In this document: one piece after another, positions 48,654 through 58,404 of the stretch
How positions within the stretch are numbered: the first letter of the stretch is position 1
Layout of the letters: every line of letters begins with the position of its first letter
NCBI GenBank assembly: GCA_963701965.1
Contig: OY969695.1
Location: forward strand, 2,880,001-2,944,000
Source of the DNA: an uncultured Gemmatimonadales bacterium
GTDB taxonomy: Bacteria; Gemmatimonadota; Gemmatimonadetes; Gemmatimonadales; Gemmatimonadaceae
Length of the DNA stretch: 64,000 nt
Direction: 5' to 3'
Notes under the pieces: generated by a model
Databases searched by the model: none
What the model was told of the DNA's origin: nothing
The model's input: the letters and a program-made list of their open reading frames with translations, nothing else
Translations under genes and position numbers: made by a program

Positions 48654-49505
48654 ATGATCTCAGCGTTGCCGCCGTTGGTTGCCGCAGGGGTACCCCCTGA
48701 AGAACGAGACGCGATCGACCGCGCTCTACGTCGCATTGCCCCCACAGAGTTCATTGCCCTACAGCAACTTGGGCCCTATCTGGACACTGGGCGATCCGCA
48801 TCTGGGTTCCTGATCGCGCTCTGGCCCCGCGACCGAATGCAGATCGAGGATTGGATTAGACGCCTCCATCGTGCGCGAGCAGCGACGCCGATCATTGCGC
48901 TCGTGCGCATGGTCGGTGAATGGCCCAATCAAGTGGTAGGCGCTGTTAGGGCAGGGGCCAGTCACTTCGCACTCGACGACATCGACAGTCTGCACAATGT
49001 GGTGGCTCGTGCCCTGGGAGACCTTCAGATCACGGCCGCGTGTGCGCAGACGGCGCGACACGTCATTCCATTGATGCCTCGCGCCGCCCACTCCACCATC
49101 GAGTTCTGCACAATGAATGCGGCGCGCCCCTTGGCAGTATTGGACGTCGCTAATGCTGTCCGCCTTCACCCCCGGAGCTTACATCGTCTGTTACATCGCC
49201 TTGCGCTGCCGTCCCCGTCCGCGACCATAAGTTGGTGCCGCCTGTTCGTAGCGGTTCACATGCTGTCGTCTGGTGCTCAGCGGGTGGATCACATCGCGAC
49301 CACGCTGGGATACGCATCGGGCTCGGGTCTGCGGAATATGCTGCGTCGCTATTGTGGCCTGACCACGTCTGGGACTCGCGAAAATGGCTCCCTCATTCAT
49401 CTTGCGCGCCTCTATCGCAGTGGCGACTTGAGCGGCCGTGGACAGGATGTGATTCAGAATGTCGATCCTCGCGAGCAGGCGTTGGCTCACGCCGCGGTGC
49501 TTTAG
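48654..49505 (+). CDS. AraC-type HTH transcriptional regulator
   Basis: C-terminal double HTH (VLDVANAVRLHPRSLHRLL; VDHIATTLGYASGSGLRNMLRRYCG); receiver-like N-terminus. Confidence 0.8.
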   Translation: MISALPPLVAAGVPPEERDAIDRALRRIAPTEFIALQQLGPYLDTGRSASGFLIALWPRDRMQIEDWIRRLHRARAATPIIALVRMVGEWPNQVVGAVRAGASHFALDDIDSLHNVVARALGDLQITAACAQTARHVIPLMPRAAHSTIEFCTMNAARPLAVLDVANAVRLHPRSLHRLLHRLALPSPSATISWCRLFVAVHMLSSGAQRVDHIATTLGYASGSGLRNMLRRYCGLTTSGTRENGSLIHLARLYRSGDLSGRGQDVIQNVDPREQALAHAAVL

Positions 49506-49514
49506 GCAACCTGA

Positions 49515-50963
49515 GTGTTACACACATTGCGAAACGGCAATCTGCCCTCCGCCGTTCTCCTGGCTGATGGGCTGACGCGCGACTATCTGCTGCACCACGG
49601 CATCTGCCCGGTCGGTCACACTGATGCCGGTGCAGTCCGAGTGGCTGCCGCGCCGGGGGCGTTGCTCGAGGATGCGCTCGACGATCTCTGTTTCGTCTAT
49701 GGCCAGGAAGTCGTGGTGGAGCCCGCGAGTCGCGGGGACGTCGAGCGCGCGATCGAGCGCCTCACGACGCAGGCCGGCCGCGACATCGAGCTCGCGCGGG
49801 TCGACGCCGTCGAAGACGAGCGGACGGCCGACGTGCGCGATCTCGCCACCCAGCCGCCCGTCGTGCGCTTCGTCAACCTGCTGGTACGCGACGCGTACGA
49901 TGCCGCCGCCAGCGACATTCATCTCGAGTCGGCCCGCCATGGGCTCGGCGTCCGGTTCCGGCTCGATGGCGTCCTGACGCCGGCGCCCGAGCCGCCGGCG
50001 GAACTGGCGCACGCCGTGGTGTCGCGGATCAAGTTGTTGGCGGAGCTCGACATCGCCGAGCGGCGGCGCCCGCAGGATGGGCGCATCCGCGTCCGCCTCG
50101 AGGATCGCGAGCTCGATCTTCGCGTGTCGACCGTGCCCACGCTGTTCGGCGAGAGCGTCGTACTCCGGCTGCTCGATCGCGGCGGCCGTCCGGTCGCGTT
50201 GACCGAACTGGGAATGCCGGACGACATCCTGGCCGCCGTGTCGCGCCTCGCCGCACGACCCCACGGGATGATCCTCGTGACCGGCCCCACCGGCAGTGGG
50301 AAGACAACGACGCTCTACGCGGCGTTGCAGCGCCGCGACACGAAAGCGGAGAAGATCATTACCGTCGAAGATCCCGTGGAGTACGAGCTGCCGGGCATCA
50401 CCCAGGTGCCGGTCCATCGGCAAGCGGGCGTGACGTTCGCCGCCGCGCTCCGTTCGATCCTCCGGCAGGATCCCGACGTCGTCATGCTCGGCGAGATGCG
50501 GGATCCCGAGACCGCGGAGGTCGCGGTCCAAGCCGCCATGACCGGACACGTCGTGTTTTCGACGCTGCATACGAACGACGCGGTCAGCGCCGTGCCGCGG
50601 CTCATCGATCTCGGCGTCCCTCCGTATCTCATCGCGGCCACGGTCGACGGCGTGTTGGCGCAGCGCCTCGTGCGCCGGGTCTGCGAGACCTGCCGGGTGC
50701 CGTCTGGCGACGGTGTCAGTTGGGTACGTGGGGACGGATGCCCCACCTGCCGCGGCACCGGATACCGCGGACGACTCGGCGTGTTCGAGCTGTTCACGGT
50801 GAGCGAGGCGGCCAAGCACGCGATCGTGGCCGGCGCGTCGCGCGCCGAGCTGACGGCGCTGGCCCGAGGCGAAGGCATGCGGACGTTGGCCGAGGACGCG
50901 CAGGCGAAGGTCCAGGCGGGACTTACCACGATCGAGGAGGTACGCCGTGCGGCGGACGCGTAA
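49515..50963 (+). CDS. gspE: T2SS ATPase GspE
   Basis: ASDIHLE, LDIAERRRPQDGR, GPTGSGKTTT, LRQDPDVVMLGEMRD, TGHVVFSTLHTN, CxxC...CxxC. Confidence 0.95.
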   Translation: MLHTLRNGNLPSAVLLADGLTRDYLLHHGICPVGHTDAGAVRVAAAPGALLEDALDDLCFVYGQEVVVEPASRGDVERAIERLTTQAGRDIELARVDAVEDERTADVRDLATQPPVVRFVNLLVRDAYDAAASDIHLESARHGLGVRFRLDGVLTPAPEPPAELAHAVVSRIKLLAELDIAERRRPQDGRIRVRLEDRELDLRVSTVPTLFGESVVLRLLDRGGRPVALTELGMPDDILAAVSRLAARPHGMILVTGPTGSGKTTTLYAALQRRDTKAEKIITVEDPVEYELPGITQVPVHRQAGVTFAAALRSILRQDPDVVMLGEMRDPETAEVAVQAAMTGHVVFSTLHTNDAVSAVPRLIDLGVPPYLIAATVDGVLAQRLVRRVCETCRVPSGDGVSWVRGDGCPTCRGTGYRGRLGVFELFTVSEAAKHAIVAGASRAELTALARGEGMRTLAEDAQAKVQAGLTTIEEVRRAADA

Positions 50964-51399
50964 CCAGCGGCGGGGATTCACGCTCATCGAGATGATCGTG
51001 GTCATCGCCATCATCGCGACGTTGGCGGCGGTCGTCGCCCCGTCCGTCTTTCGCAACGTCGGGGACGCGAAGGTCAGCGCCGCCAAGAGTCAGATCGAAG
51101 TGTTCGCGCTGGCGCTCAACGCCTATCGGATGGACAACGACAACTTTCCGACCTCCGATCAGGGGCTGGAAGCGCTCCGCACCCTGCCGACGGCGGGCGA
51201 CCCGCCCCGCAACTGGCGCGGACCGTACCTCGCGCGGATCGTGCCGCTCGATCCGTGGGGACGGCCGTACGTCTACGTCGCCCCCGGAAAAGCCAACCCG
51301 CAGTCGTTCGATCTCTACACGCTGGGCCGGGACGGGAAGCCGGGAGGCGATGGGGAGGACGCGGACGTCACATCGTGGGGCGGCCCCGTCTCGCCGTGA
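50947..51399 (+). CDS. gspG: T2SS major pseudopilin GspG
   Basis: RRG|FTLIEM, PTSDQGLEAL, NWRGPYL, DPWGRPYVY, GRDGKPGGDGEDAD. Confidence 0.95.
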   Translation: MRRTRNQRRGFTLIEMIVVIAIIATLAAVVAPSVFRNVGDAKVSAAKSQIEVFALALNAYRMDNDNFPTSDQGLEALRTLPTAGDPPRNWRGPYLARIVPLDPWGRPYVYVAPGKANPQSFDLYTLGRDGKPGGDGEDADVTSWGGPVSP

Positions 51400-52580
51400 C
51401 GTCGGCGTACGCGTACCGTGCGGCCCGCGGCGATGGCGCGATGGAGCTGGGCACGGTCGACGCGGCGAGCCGCGACGCGGCGTCGGTGGTCCTGTCGGCG
51501 CGAGGACTCTGGGTCCTCGACGTACGGCCGGCGGCGCCAACACTCGCCCGCCGGTCACTGCCCGTCGCCGATCTCGCGCTCGGCCTCCGCCTTCTCGGCT
51601 CCCTGCTGGACGCCGGTCTCCCGGTCGCGCGGGCACTGGCGGCATTCGGCGACGTGGCGCCCGACGCCTGGCGCGAGGCGATCCCCGGCGTCCGCCAGAG
51701 CGTGCGTGAAGGGCAGTCTCTCGGCGCGGCGCTGGCCGCGGCGCCGATCGACGTGCCGGCGGTCGTCATCGGCATGGTCCAGGCGGGCGAAGCCGGCAGC
51801 GGGCTCGCCGCCGCCGTCACCCGCGCGGCCGATCTCATGGAGTCCCAGGCGGCTACGCGGGCGGCCATCCGGGGAGCCCTCATCTATCCGCTGATCCTCA
51901 CCGTCGCCGGATCGGCGTCACTCACGCTCCTGGTCGGCGTCGTGTTGCCGCGGTTCGCGGCGATCCTCGCCGATCTCGGACAGACACTGCCGCCCACCAC
52001 GCGCGTCGTGCTCGATGCCGCGGCGGTCGTCCGCGCTGGTATCATCCCGGGGCTCATCGCACTGGTCGTCGGCCTCGGCGTCTGGCGGGTGTGGGTCGCG
52101 ACGAGCGCCGGTCGGGCGCAGTGGCATGCGTGGCTCCTCACCGTGCCCCTCCTCGGCGCGATCCGGCGCTCGGCCGCGGTCGCGCGCTCCGCGGCGGCGG
52201 TCGCGTCTCTACTCGACAGCGGAGTCCCGCTCGCCTCGGCGATGACCGCCGGTGCCCGCGCCGCCGGCGACGCGTCGCTCGAGACACGACTCAGCGCCGC
52301 GCGCGCCGCCGTCGTCGCCGGCGCACCCTTGGGTCGCGCGCTGCACGACGCCGCGGCGGCGACGTCGACCGTCGTCCGCCTCGTGCGGGCCGGCGAAGAG
52401 AGCGGCAGGCTGGCCGAGATGCTGGCGCGGGCCGCCGCGCTGGAGGCCGAGCGCGCGCGGCGGCTCGTGACGGGCGCCGTGCGGCTCTTGGAGCCCGCAT
52501 TGATCCTCGCCTTCGGCGGCGTCGTGGCGTTTGTCGCGGCGGCGCTACTGCAGGCCGTCTACAGTGTGCGTCCCACGTGA
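51396..52580 (+). CDS. gspF: T2SS inner membrane platform GspF
   Basis: YAYRA N-terminus, LLDAGLP, MVQAGEAGSGL, ALIYP, VRAGEESGRL, LLEPALI; GTGA overlap with gspG. Confidence 0.93.
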   Translation: MTSAYAYRAARGDGAMELGTVDAASRDAASVVLSARGLWVLDVRPAAPTLARRSLPVADLALGLRLLGSLLDAGLPVARALAAFGDVAPDAWREAIPGVRQSVREGQSLGAALAAAPIDVPAVVIGMVQAGEAGSGLAAAVTRAADLMESQAATRAAIRGALIYPLILTVAGSASLTLLVGVVLPRFAAILADLGQTLPPTTRVVLDAAAVVRAGIIPGLIALVVGLGVWRVWVATSAGRAQWHAWLLTVPLLGAIRRSAAVARSAAAVASLLDSGVPLASAMTAGARAAGDASLETRLSAARAAVVAGAPLGRALHDAAAATSTVVRLVRAGEESGRLAEMLARAAALEAERARRLVTGAVRLLEPALILAFGGVVAFVAAALLQAVYSVRPT

Positions 52581-52879
52581 CTCGCGCACGCGGGTCGACG
52601 CTGATCGAGTTGATCGTCGTGCTGGCGATCCTCGGCGTGCTCGCGGGTGTGACGACCTTGGCGTTCCGCCGGGCCGCGCCGGCCGCCGAGGCGCCGAGTT
52701 GGGCCCGCGCCGTGGCCGCCGCCCGGCGCACCGCGCTCGACTCGGCACGGTCCGTCACCATCACCGTCACCGTCGACGCAACGCCGCGTGCCGTGACGGC
52801 GCTACCCGACGGAAGCGTGATCGCCGACCAAGGCCTCACGCTGGATCGCTTGACCGGAGGAGCATCGCGTGTCCGTTAG
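52577..52879 (+). CDS. T2SS minor pseudopilin (GspH-like)
   Basis: RG|STLIELIVVLAILGVLAG prepilin motif; GTGA overlap with gspF. Confidence 0.8.
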   Translation: MTRARGSTLIELIVVLAILGVLAGVTTLAFRRAAPAAEAPSWARAVAAARRTALDSARSVTITVTVDATPRAVTALPDGSVIADQGLTLDRLTGGASRVR

Positions 52880-53225
52880 CGTCCGATCGGGCGTGGTGCT
52901 CCTCGAGACGATGATCGCGTTGACACTATTGACAGTCGCCGGTCTCGCGACCGTCGCCATCGTGCGCCAGGGCGTCGACAGCGCCCGCCGGGCCGAGATC
53001 GCCGACGCCGAGATCCGGCGCGCTAGCGCGTTCCTCGATGCGGTCGCGCTCTGGCCCCGGGCCGATCTCGATCGCCATCTCGGGGATCGCCCCGAGGGTG
53101 CGTGGCGCCTCACGATCGACCGCCCGGTTCCGACCCTCTATCTCGTGGCGTTGAGCGACGGCGGTTCTGGTCGCGAGCTGCTGCGTACGGCCCTCTATCG
53201 TCCGGTGCCACCTGATGCGCCCTAG
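52869..53225 (+). CDS. T2SS minor pseudopilin (GspI-like)
   Basis: SG|VVLLETMIALTLL prepilin motif and operon position. Confidence 0.8.
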   Translation: MSVSVRSGVVLLETMIALTLLTVAGLATVAIVRQGVDSARRAEIADAEIRRASAFLDAVALWPRADLDRHLGDRPEGAWRLTIDRPVPTLYLVALSDGGSGRELLRTALYRPVPPDAP

Positions 53226-53745
53226 GGGATTCACGCTGATCGAGCTTGTGGTCGCGATCGCGATCGGTGGCGTGGTATTGCTCGGCGCCCGCGCGCTGTG
53301 GGAGTCGCTGGCGCTGTCGGTCGATCGTCTGAGCGGTCAGGCGCGTGTCGCTGACGCCCAGGCCAACGGCGACCGGCTGCTGCGGTCGGTCCTCGGCCGC
53401 CTGGAAGTCGGCACGGATCAGTCCAAGGAATTTGCTGGCGACCCGGGCGTTGTCTCGTTCACCACGTGGTGCGACGTCCCGGCGGGCTGGCAGGAACGGT
53501 GCGACGCCCGCCTTTCGATCGAAAACGCGTCGGATTCGGATCTCGCGCTCGTTCTGCGTCTCTCCACCGGCGAGAACGTCACGCTGCGCCGCGGGATACA
53601 CGTCGCCGCGCTGCGCTATCTCAATGATCCGGTCGCTAGCGGCGTGTGGTTCCGCGTCTGGGGCCGTGGCATCACGGCGCCGCTCGCCGTGGGTGTGATC
53701 GCCGACGGGGACACCGCGATCGTGCGCATTGGGGAGCGGGGATGA
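53215..53745 (+). CDS. T2SS minor pseudopilin (GspJ-like)
   Basis: RG|FTLIELVVAIAIG prepilin motif and operon position. Confidence 0.82.
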   Translation: MRPRGFTLIELVVAIAIGGVVLLGARALWESLALSVDRLSGQARVADAQANGDRLLRSVLGRLEVGTDQSKEFAGDPGVVSFTTWCDVPAGWQERCDARLSIENASDSDLALVLRLSTGENVTLRRGIHVAALRYLNDPVASGVWFRVWGRGITAPLAVGVIADGDTAIVRIGERG

Positions 53746-54653
53746 CCCGTCGACGTCAACGCCGCGGGTTCGCCTTGCTCGCGGTGCTCTGGGTCACCGT
53801 AGGCTTGAGCGCCATCGCGCTGGCCGGCCTGCTCGCTGCCCGGGGCGCCGCCGCAACGGCGCGGAATCGCATTGCCCTCACGCGCGGACGGTGGCGCGCC
53901 GAGGATTGTGTGGAACGGGCACGGGCGGTGATCGACGACGCGTTGAGCGGTGGGAATGCGATTCCGCGTCCCATCGCCGGCGGTTGGGATGCGCTCGACC
54001 GTGTCGTCGCCGCGTCGCCCGCAGTCACGGCCGCCCAGTGCGACGTCACGATGACACCTGCCGGTGTGGCCGTCGACGTCAACGTCGCGGACGCCGAGCA
54101 GGTGCGCGCCACGCTGCTGGCGGCGGGCGTCGTTGCGCCACAGGCAGATTCAATGACGGATGCGTTGCTCGACTGGCGCGACCCCGACGACATCCCGCGT
54201 CCACTCGGCGCCGAGCGTGACTGGTACGCGGCGCGAGGGCTGTTCACTCCGCGCAATGGCCGGATCGCGGACATCCGCGAGCTACGGCGCATTCGCGGGT
54301 TCAATGCCACGGTGTTGCCGGACTCGACGCTCGCTGCGCTGTTCACCGTCGAGCCGGGCCGCATCCTCTGGAGTCGTGCGCCGCTCGCTGTGCTGGCCGG
54401 CCTGCCTGGCGTCGACAATGAAGCGCATGGCCTCTTGCGTGAGGCGCGCTTGAGCCTCCCCGATCTACGCGCCTCGCTGTCGCCGGCAGCGCAGAAACGT
54501 ATGGATGCCCATTATGCGGACCTCCAGCGGCTCACGACCGACCATCCGGATGCGTGGTTGCTGACGGCACGGGACAATGGCGCAACTATAGAGGTGCGGC
54601 TGGCGCTCGCCGGCCCCCGTGCCGCCATTGTCCGGCGGCGTACCACGCCATGA
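53742..54653 (+). CDS. gspK: T2SS minor pseudopilin GspK
   Basis: RRG|FALLAVLW, VDVNVA, ALLDWRDPDD...GAE...Y, PRNG...ELRRIRG. Confidence 0.9.
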   Translation: MTRRRQRRGFALLAVLWVTVGLSAIALAGLLAARGAAATARNRIALTRGRWRAEDCVERARAVIDDALSGGNAIPRPIAGGWDALDRVVAASPAVTAAQCDVTMTPAGVAVDVNVADAEQVRATLLAAGVVAPQADSMTDALLDWRDPDDIPRPLGAERDWYAARGLFTPRNGRIADIRELRRIRGFNATVLPDSTLAALFTVEPGRILWSRAPLAVLAGLPGVDNEAHGLLREARLSLPDLRASLSPAAQKRMDAHYADLQRLTTDHPDAWLLTARDNGATIEVRLALAGPRAAIVRRRTTP

Positions 54654-55849
54654 GGATGCTCGTCGGGGTAAGCCTCGATCGCGACCGGGCGCGCGCCGTT
54701 GGCGTGACTGGCGACCGCGTGGCGTGGGGTGTCAATGCGCCGATCGATCCCGCCGCGCCTCTCGCCGATGCCCTTGCCGCTTTCCTGGGCCAGCTTCCGT
54801 TGCCCCGCTGGCCGCGGCCGCGACTCACGGTCGCACTAGGGAGCGCGTTCGCGCAGACGAAGCGGTTGGCCGGGCTGCCGCCTCTCGCTGACGAGCGCCT
54901 ATTGGCTCGCGCGGTGGACGAGCACGTCGGCCGATTCTTTCTCAAGAATGGTATCCCGCTCGTGACGACGTCCGTGCGCGTGGATAGCCCGGACGTCGTA
55001 TGGGCCGCCGCGCTCGACCAGCCCGTGGTCGCCGCGGTGGAGTCCGCCTGTCGCACGACGCGCGTCCGGTTGCACGGCATCGTGCCCGTGGTCGACGTGG
55101 TGGGCCGCGGCCTCGCGCTCGCGGCGAGTGACAGCGTGACATGGCGCGAGTCTGGACCTGGCTCGCGCATCAGTTGGATCAATGGGCGGTTGATCGGAGT
55201 ATCCCGCCACTCGGGCTCCGCCGACCCAGCCCCAGCACCGATCCCCGTCGCCGCGCTGTCGGCCCTGGGCGATAGCGCCTGGCGGTTCGCGGCCGCATAT
55301 GGCGCGACCCAACATCTCGGGCAAACGCTCGTATGGCGTTCGCGCGTCGAAGCGGCGGATGCGGTGCCCCGATGGCGTCTCGGAGTCGCCGGTGCCGCGG
55401 CCGCACTCGCGCTGTGCGCGACCCTGCTGGTCCCGGCGTTGTCAGCGCGACTCGCCGAACGTCGCACGATCGCGCATCTCGGGGCGGTTGGACCGGCGCG
55501 CCAGCGGGCCCTCCGGATCGACCGTGAAACCGATCTGGTCACACGCGCACTCGGCGAAGTCGCCGCGTTCGACGCCGGTCGCCGGCCGGTGACCTTGATA
55601 CTCGGCGCCCTGGCGCGCGCGTTGCCCGCCCAGTCGGCGGTCGTGGCGCTGCATGTCGACAGCCTCGGCGGCTCGGTCGTCGCGCTGGCGCCCCGGGCGG
55701 GTGCTGTTCTCACCGCGCTGGAGCACGTCCCCGGCGTGGCCGCGCCGGAGATCGTCGGTCCGGTCACCCGCGAACTCACGGGTTCCGATGCGGCACATCA
55801 AATCGACGTCGAGCGCGCGACAATGCGATTCCGGTGGTTAGCTCAATGA
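54650..55849 (+). CDS. T2SS GspL-like protein
   Basis: Cytoplasmic N-domain, one TM, periplasmic domain; lies between gspK and the M-like gene with ATGA overlaps. Confidence 0.65.
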   Translation: MRMLVGVSLDRDRARAVGVTGDRVAWGVNAPIDPAAPLADALAAFLGQLPLPRWPRPRLTVALGSAFAQTKRLAGLPPLADERLLARAVDEHVGRFFLKNGIPLVTTSVRVDSPDVVWAAALDQPVVAAVESACRTTRVRLHGIVPVVDVVGRGLALAASDSVTWRESGPGSRISWINGRLIGVSRHSGSADPAPAPIPVAALSALGDSAWRFAAAYGATQHLGQTLVWRSRVEAADAVPRWRLGVAGAAAALALCATLLVPALSARLAERRTIAHLGAVGPARQRALRIDRETDLVTRALGEVAAFDAGRRPVTLILGALARALPAQSAVVALHVDSLGGSVVALAPRAGAVLTALEHVPGVAAPEIVGPVTRELTGSDAAHQIDVERATMRFRWLAQ

Positions 55850-56427
55850 CGCGCATCGCGATGTCACCGCGCGAGCGGCGTCTCGTGATCGTCGGAAGCA
55901 CCGCCATCGCGTTGATCGTCGTTCTCGGCCGCGGGATTCCGGCGTGGCGCGCCTGGGTGCGCGATGCCCGCGCCGGTGCCGCCGAACAAATGCGCGCCGC
56001 CGCGACGGCTGACGCGTTGCTGGCTGGGACTCGCGGGCGGCAGGATACGCTCGCGGTACGCCAGGCGCGATATCTGGCGCTCGCGCCGTCTCTGGTCCCG
56101 GGAACGACCACGGGTCAAGCCTCGGCCGCGTTGGCCTCCTTCGTTTCGAGCAGCGCCGCGGCGGCGGGTGTCAAACTCGGCGCGGTGCAGATTCGACCCG
56201 CCGCCGACACGGGGCACGGCCACGCATTCGCCCGCGTGAGTGTCCACGCGGATCTCGTTGGCGACGTGCGCGGCCTCGCGGCCTTGCTGCTCGCCCTGGA
56301 ACGCGGACCCCTCGGACTCAGGGTGCGCGAGCTGACCGTCAATCAGGCCGCGCCGTCGGCCCCGACGGACCGCGCGGAAGCCTTGCACGCTGATCTCGTG
56401 GTCGACGGGCTCGTACTCATTCAATGA
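55846..56427 (+). CDS. T2SS GspM-like protein
   Basis: MSPRERRLV plus TM, then a ferredoxin-like C-domain (LAALLLALE...LRVRELTV). Confidence 0.78.
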   Translation: MTRIAMSPRERRLVIVGSTAIALIVVLGRGIPAWRAWVRDARAGAAEQMRAAATADALLAGTRGRQDTLAVRQARYLALAPSLVPGTTTGQASAALASFVSSSAAAAGVKLGAVQIRPAADTGHGHAFARVSVHADLVGDVRGLAALLLALERGPLGLRVRELTVNQAAPSAPTDRAEALHADLVVDGLVLIQ

Positions 56428-56434
56428 ATTCGCT

Positions 56435-56905
56435 ATGAACTCGAGCCGCATCGAGATCGCGCTATGGGTCGCGACCGCCACGTTTGGCGTCGGGGCTGGC
56501 ATTGCCGGGCGTATGACGTCTGCGTCACCGGTTGACGCTGCCCGCGGCGCCCCTATCGTCGCCGATCCCCGCGCGCCCGACGCGGACAGCCTCGCCGCCT
56601 CGGCGCGAGCGCTGGCGGATGGCGATCCATTCCGGCTCGACCATCGCCCGACGGCTGTCGCCTATCGGCCCGAGCTCGAGGGCGTCACGCCGCCGCCGAG
56701 ACCACCCAAGCCTGTGCTCGTGGTCGAAGGCGTCGTCGGCCGCTCCGCCCTGCTCAATGGCGTTCCGGGGCGCCCCGTGACCGCACTGGTCCATGCCGGT
56801 GACACCCTGGGAGGCCTGCGTGTGCGGCGTATCACCCCCGACACCGTAATCGTGTCCGATGCGGATACCACCTGGCGACTGATCGTGAGACGTCTATGGC
56901 AATGA
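56435..56905 (+). CDS. T2SS accessory protein (GspC/PilP-like)
   Basis: TM, DPFR, Pro-rich linker, VHAGDTLGGLRVRRITPDTVIV; precedes the secretin. Confidence 0.6.
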   Translation: MNSSRIEIALWVATATFGVGAGIAGRMTSASPVDAARGAPIVADPRAPDADSLAASARALADGDPFRLDHRPTAVAYRPELEGVTPPPRPPKPVLVVEGVVGRSALLNGVPGRPVTALVHAGDTLGGLRVRRITPDTVIVSDADTTWRLIVRRLWQ

Positions 56906-58404
56906 GTTTCCCGCGCGCCGCGCGTGCCCTGTTCGTGATCGCGACAATGGCGGGCGCGACCCAGACATCGGCCCAACGCCCGGTCAGCGATCAGGGCGAC
57001 AGCGTCACGATCCACCTCGTCAATGTCGACCTCCGCGTTGCGGTCTCCGCGCTGGCGCCGTATCTCGACCGGCCGGTCGTATTCGGCGCGGTGCCCGCTC
57101 TCCGCGTGACGTTGGAGACACCGCACCCGGTGCCGCGCGCCGAGATCACGCGGCTGCTCACCGGCGTCGTGATATCGCAGAATCTCGATTTCACGATCGA
57201 TTCGACGGCGGGGCTCTATCGCATCATGCCGCACCCTCCGGCGTCACCGCCCCCACCTCCGGGCGGCATTCGCGGTGCAGACGGCATCGTTCGCGCGGCG
57301 GACGCCCCGCAACTCTTCGTCATTCACTTGAGTCATGCGCGGGCCGCTGACGTCGCGGCGACGGTGAACGCGCTGTACGGCCGCGCGAGTGCGTTGGGCG
57401 AGCCGGGTTCGGAGCGATCCGGCACCGGCACGCTGGGCAGTCAGCTGGCACAGAGCGCTTTTCAACCGCTGGCCACTCCAACAAGTCCCGGGAACCCGTC
57501 GCCCGCTGGCTCCGGCGGCCACGGGGCAACGCTAACGGGGGAAATCGCGATCATCCCCGACGCCGGAACCAACAGCCTCTTGATTCGCGCCAATGCCAGC
57601 GACTATGAGCTCCTCGCGGCCGCCGTCCGGGAGCTCGACGTGCGGCCCCTGCAGGTGCTCATCGAGGTGTTGATCGTCGAAGTCACGAAAAACTCGAACT
57701 TTGCGGCGGGACTCGGTCTCGCGTTTCCCACGCAGCAGGTCAAAGGCTCGCCCGTTAGTATCGGTGGTTCGACGCCGAGCGCGGGACTCGGCGACTTCGC
57801 GCTCAACGTCATGCGGAGCGGCGGACTGGCATTCACGGCCGCGCTGACGTCGGCCGCGACGAAGGGCGAGGCGCGGATTCTGTCGCGGCCCATCGTGCTC
57901 GCTGAGAACAATGAGGAGGCCGAGATCCTGGTCGGGAGCCAGCAGCCGTTCATACAGGTGCAGCAGACGCAAGTCGGCGCCGTTGCGCAGAACCAGGTCG
58001 TGCAGTATCAGGACGTCGGCACCAAGCTCACGGTCAAGCCCACGATCTCAACCGACGGCTACGTGCAGCTGCAGCTCACCCAGGAAGTCAACCAGGCCAC
58101 GGCTACGGTGCAGTTCAACGCCCCGGTGATCTCGACGCGCACCCTGCGCACGCGGCTCCTCGTGCGTGACAGCCAGACCGTCGTCCTTGGCGGGCTCTCG
58201 AGCCGCGAGAAGGACCGGACGTCGGAGGGAATACCGGTGTTGTCCTCGATCCCGGTCTTCGGGACACTGTTTGGACAGCAGAGCCGGACCGGCAGCGAAA
58301 CCGAGTTCTTCTTGTTCCTGACGCCGCGCATCGTCAAGACCGACGCCGACGCCGCGCGGGTGACCCAGCCGATCGATTCGATCATGCAGCGGGAGGTACC
58401 GTGA
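56902..58404 (+). CDS. gspD: T2SS secretin GspD (compact)
   Basis: Signal peptide, IIPDAGTNSLLIRA, LDVRPLQVLIEVLIVEV, YQDVGTKLTVKP, GIPVLSSIPVFGTLF, LFLTPRIV. Confidence 0.93.
   Translation: MSFPRAARALFVIATMAGATQTSAQRPVSDQGDSVTIHLVNVDLRVAVSALAPYLDRPVVFGAVPALRVTLETPHPVPRAEITRLLTGVVISQNLDFTIDSTAGLYRIMPHPPASPPPPPGGIRGADGIVRAADAPQLFVIHLSHARAADVAATVNALYGRASALGEPGSERSGTGTLGSQLAQSAFQPLATPTSPGNPSPAGSGGHGATLTGEIAIIPDAGTNSLLIRANASDYELLAAAVRELDVRPLQVLIEVLIVEVTKNSNFAAGLGLAFPTQQVKGSPVSIGGSTPSAGLGDFALNVMRSGGLAFTAALTSAATKGEARILSRPIVLAENNEEAEILVGSQQPFIQVQQTQVGAVAQNQVVQYQDVGTKLTVKPTISTDGYVQLQLTQEVNQATATVQFNAPVISTRTLRTRLLVRDSQTVVLGGLSSREKDRTSEGIPVLSSIPVFGTLFGQQSRTGSETEFFLFLTPRIVKTDADAARVTQPIDSIMQREVP

Noticed and set aside
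49515..58404. Type IV pilus system
   Set aside because: No PilT retraction ATPase; GspG- and GspK-specific motifs indicate T2SS.
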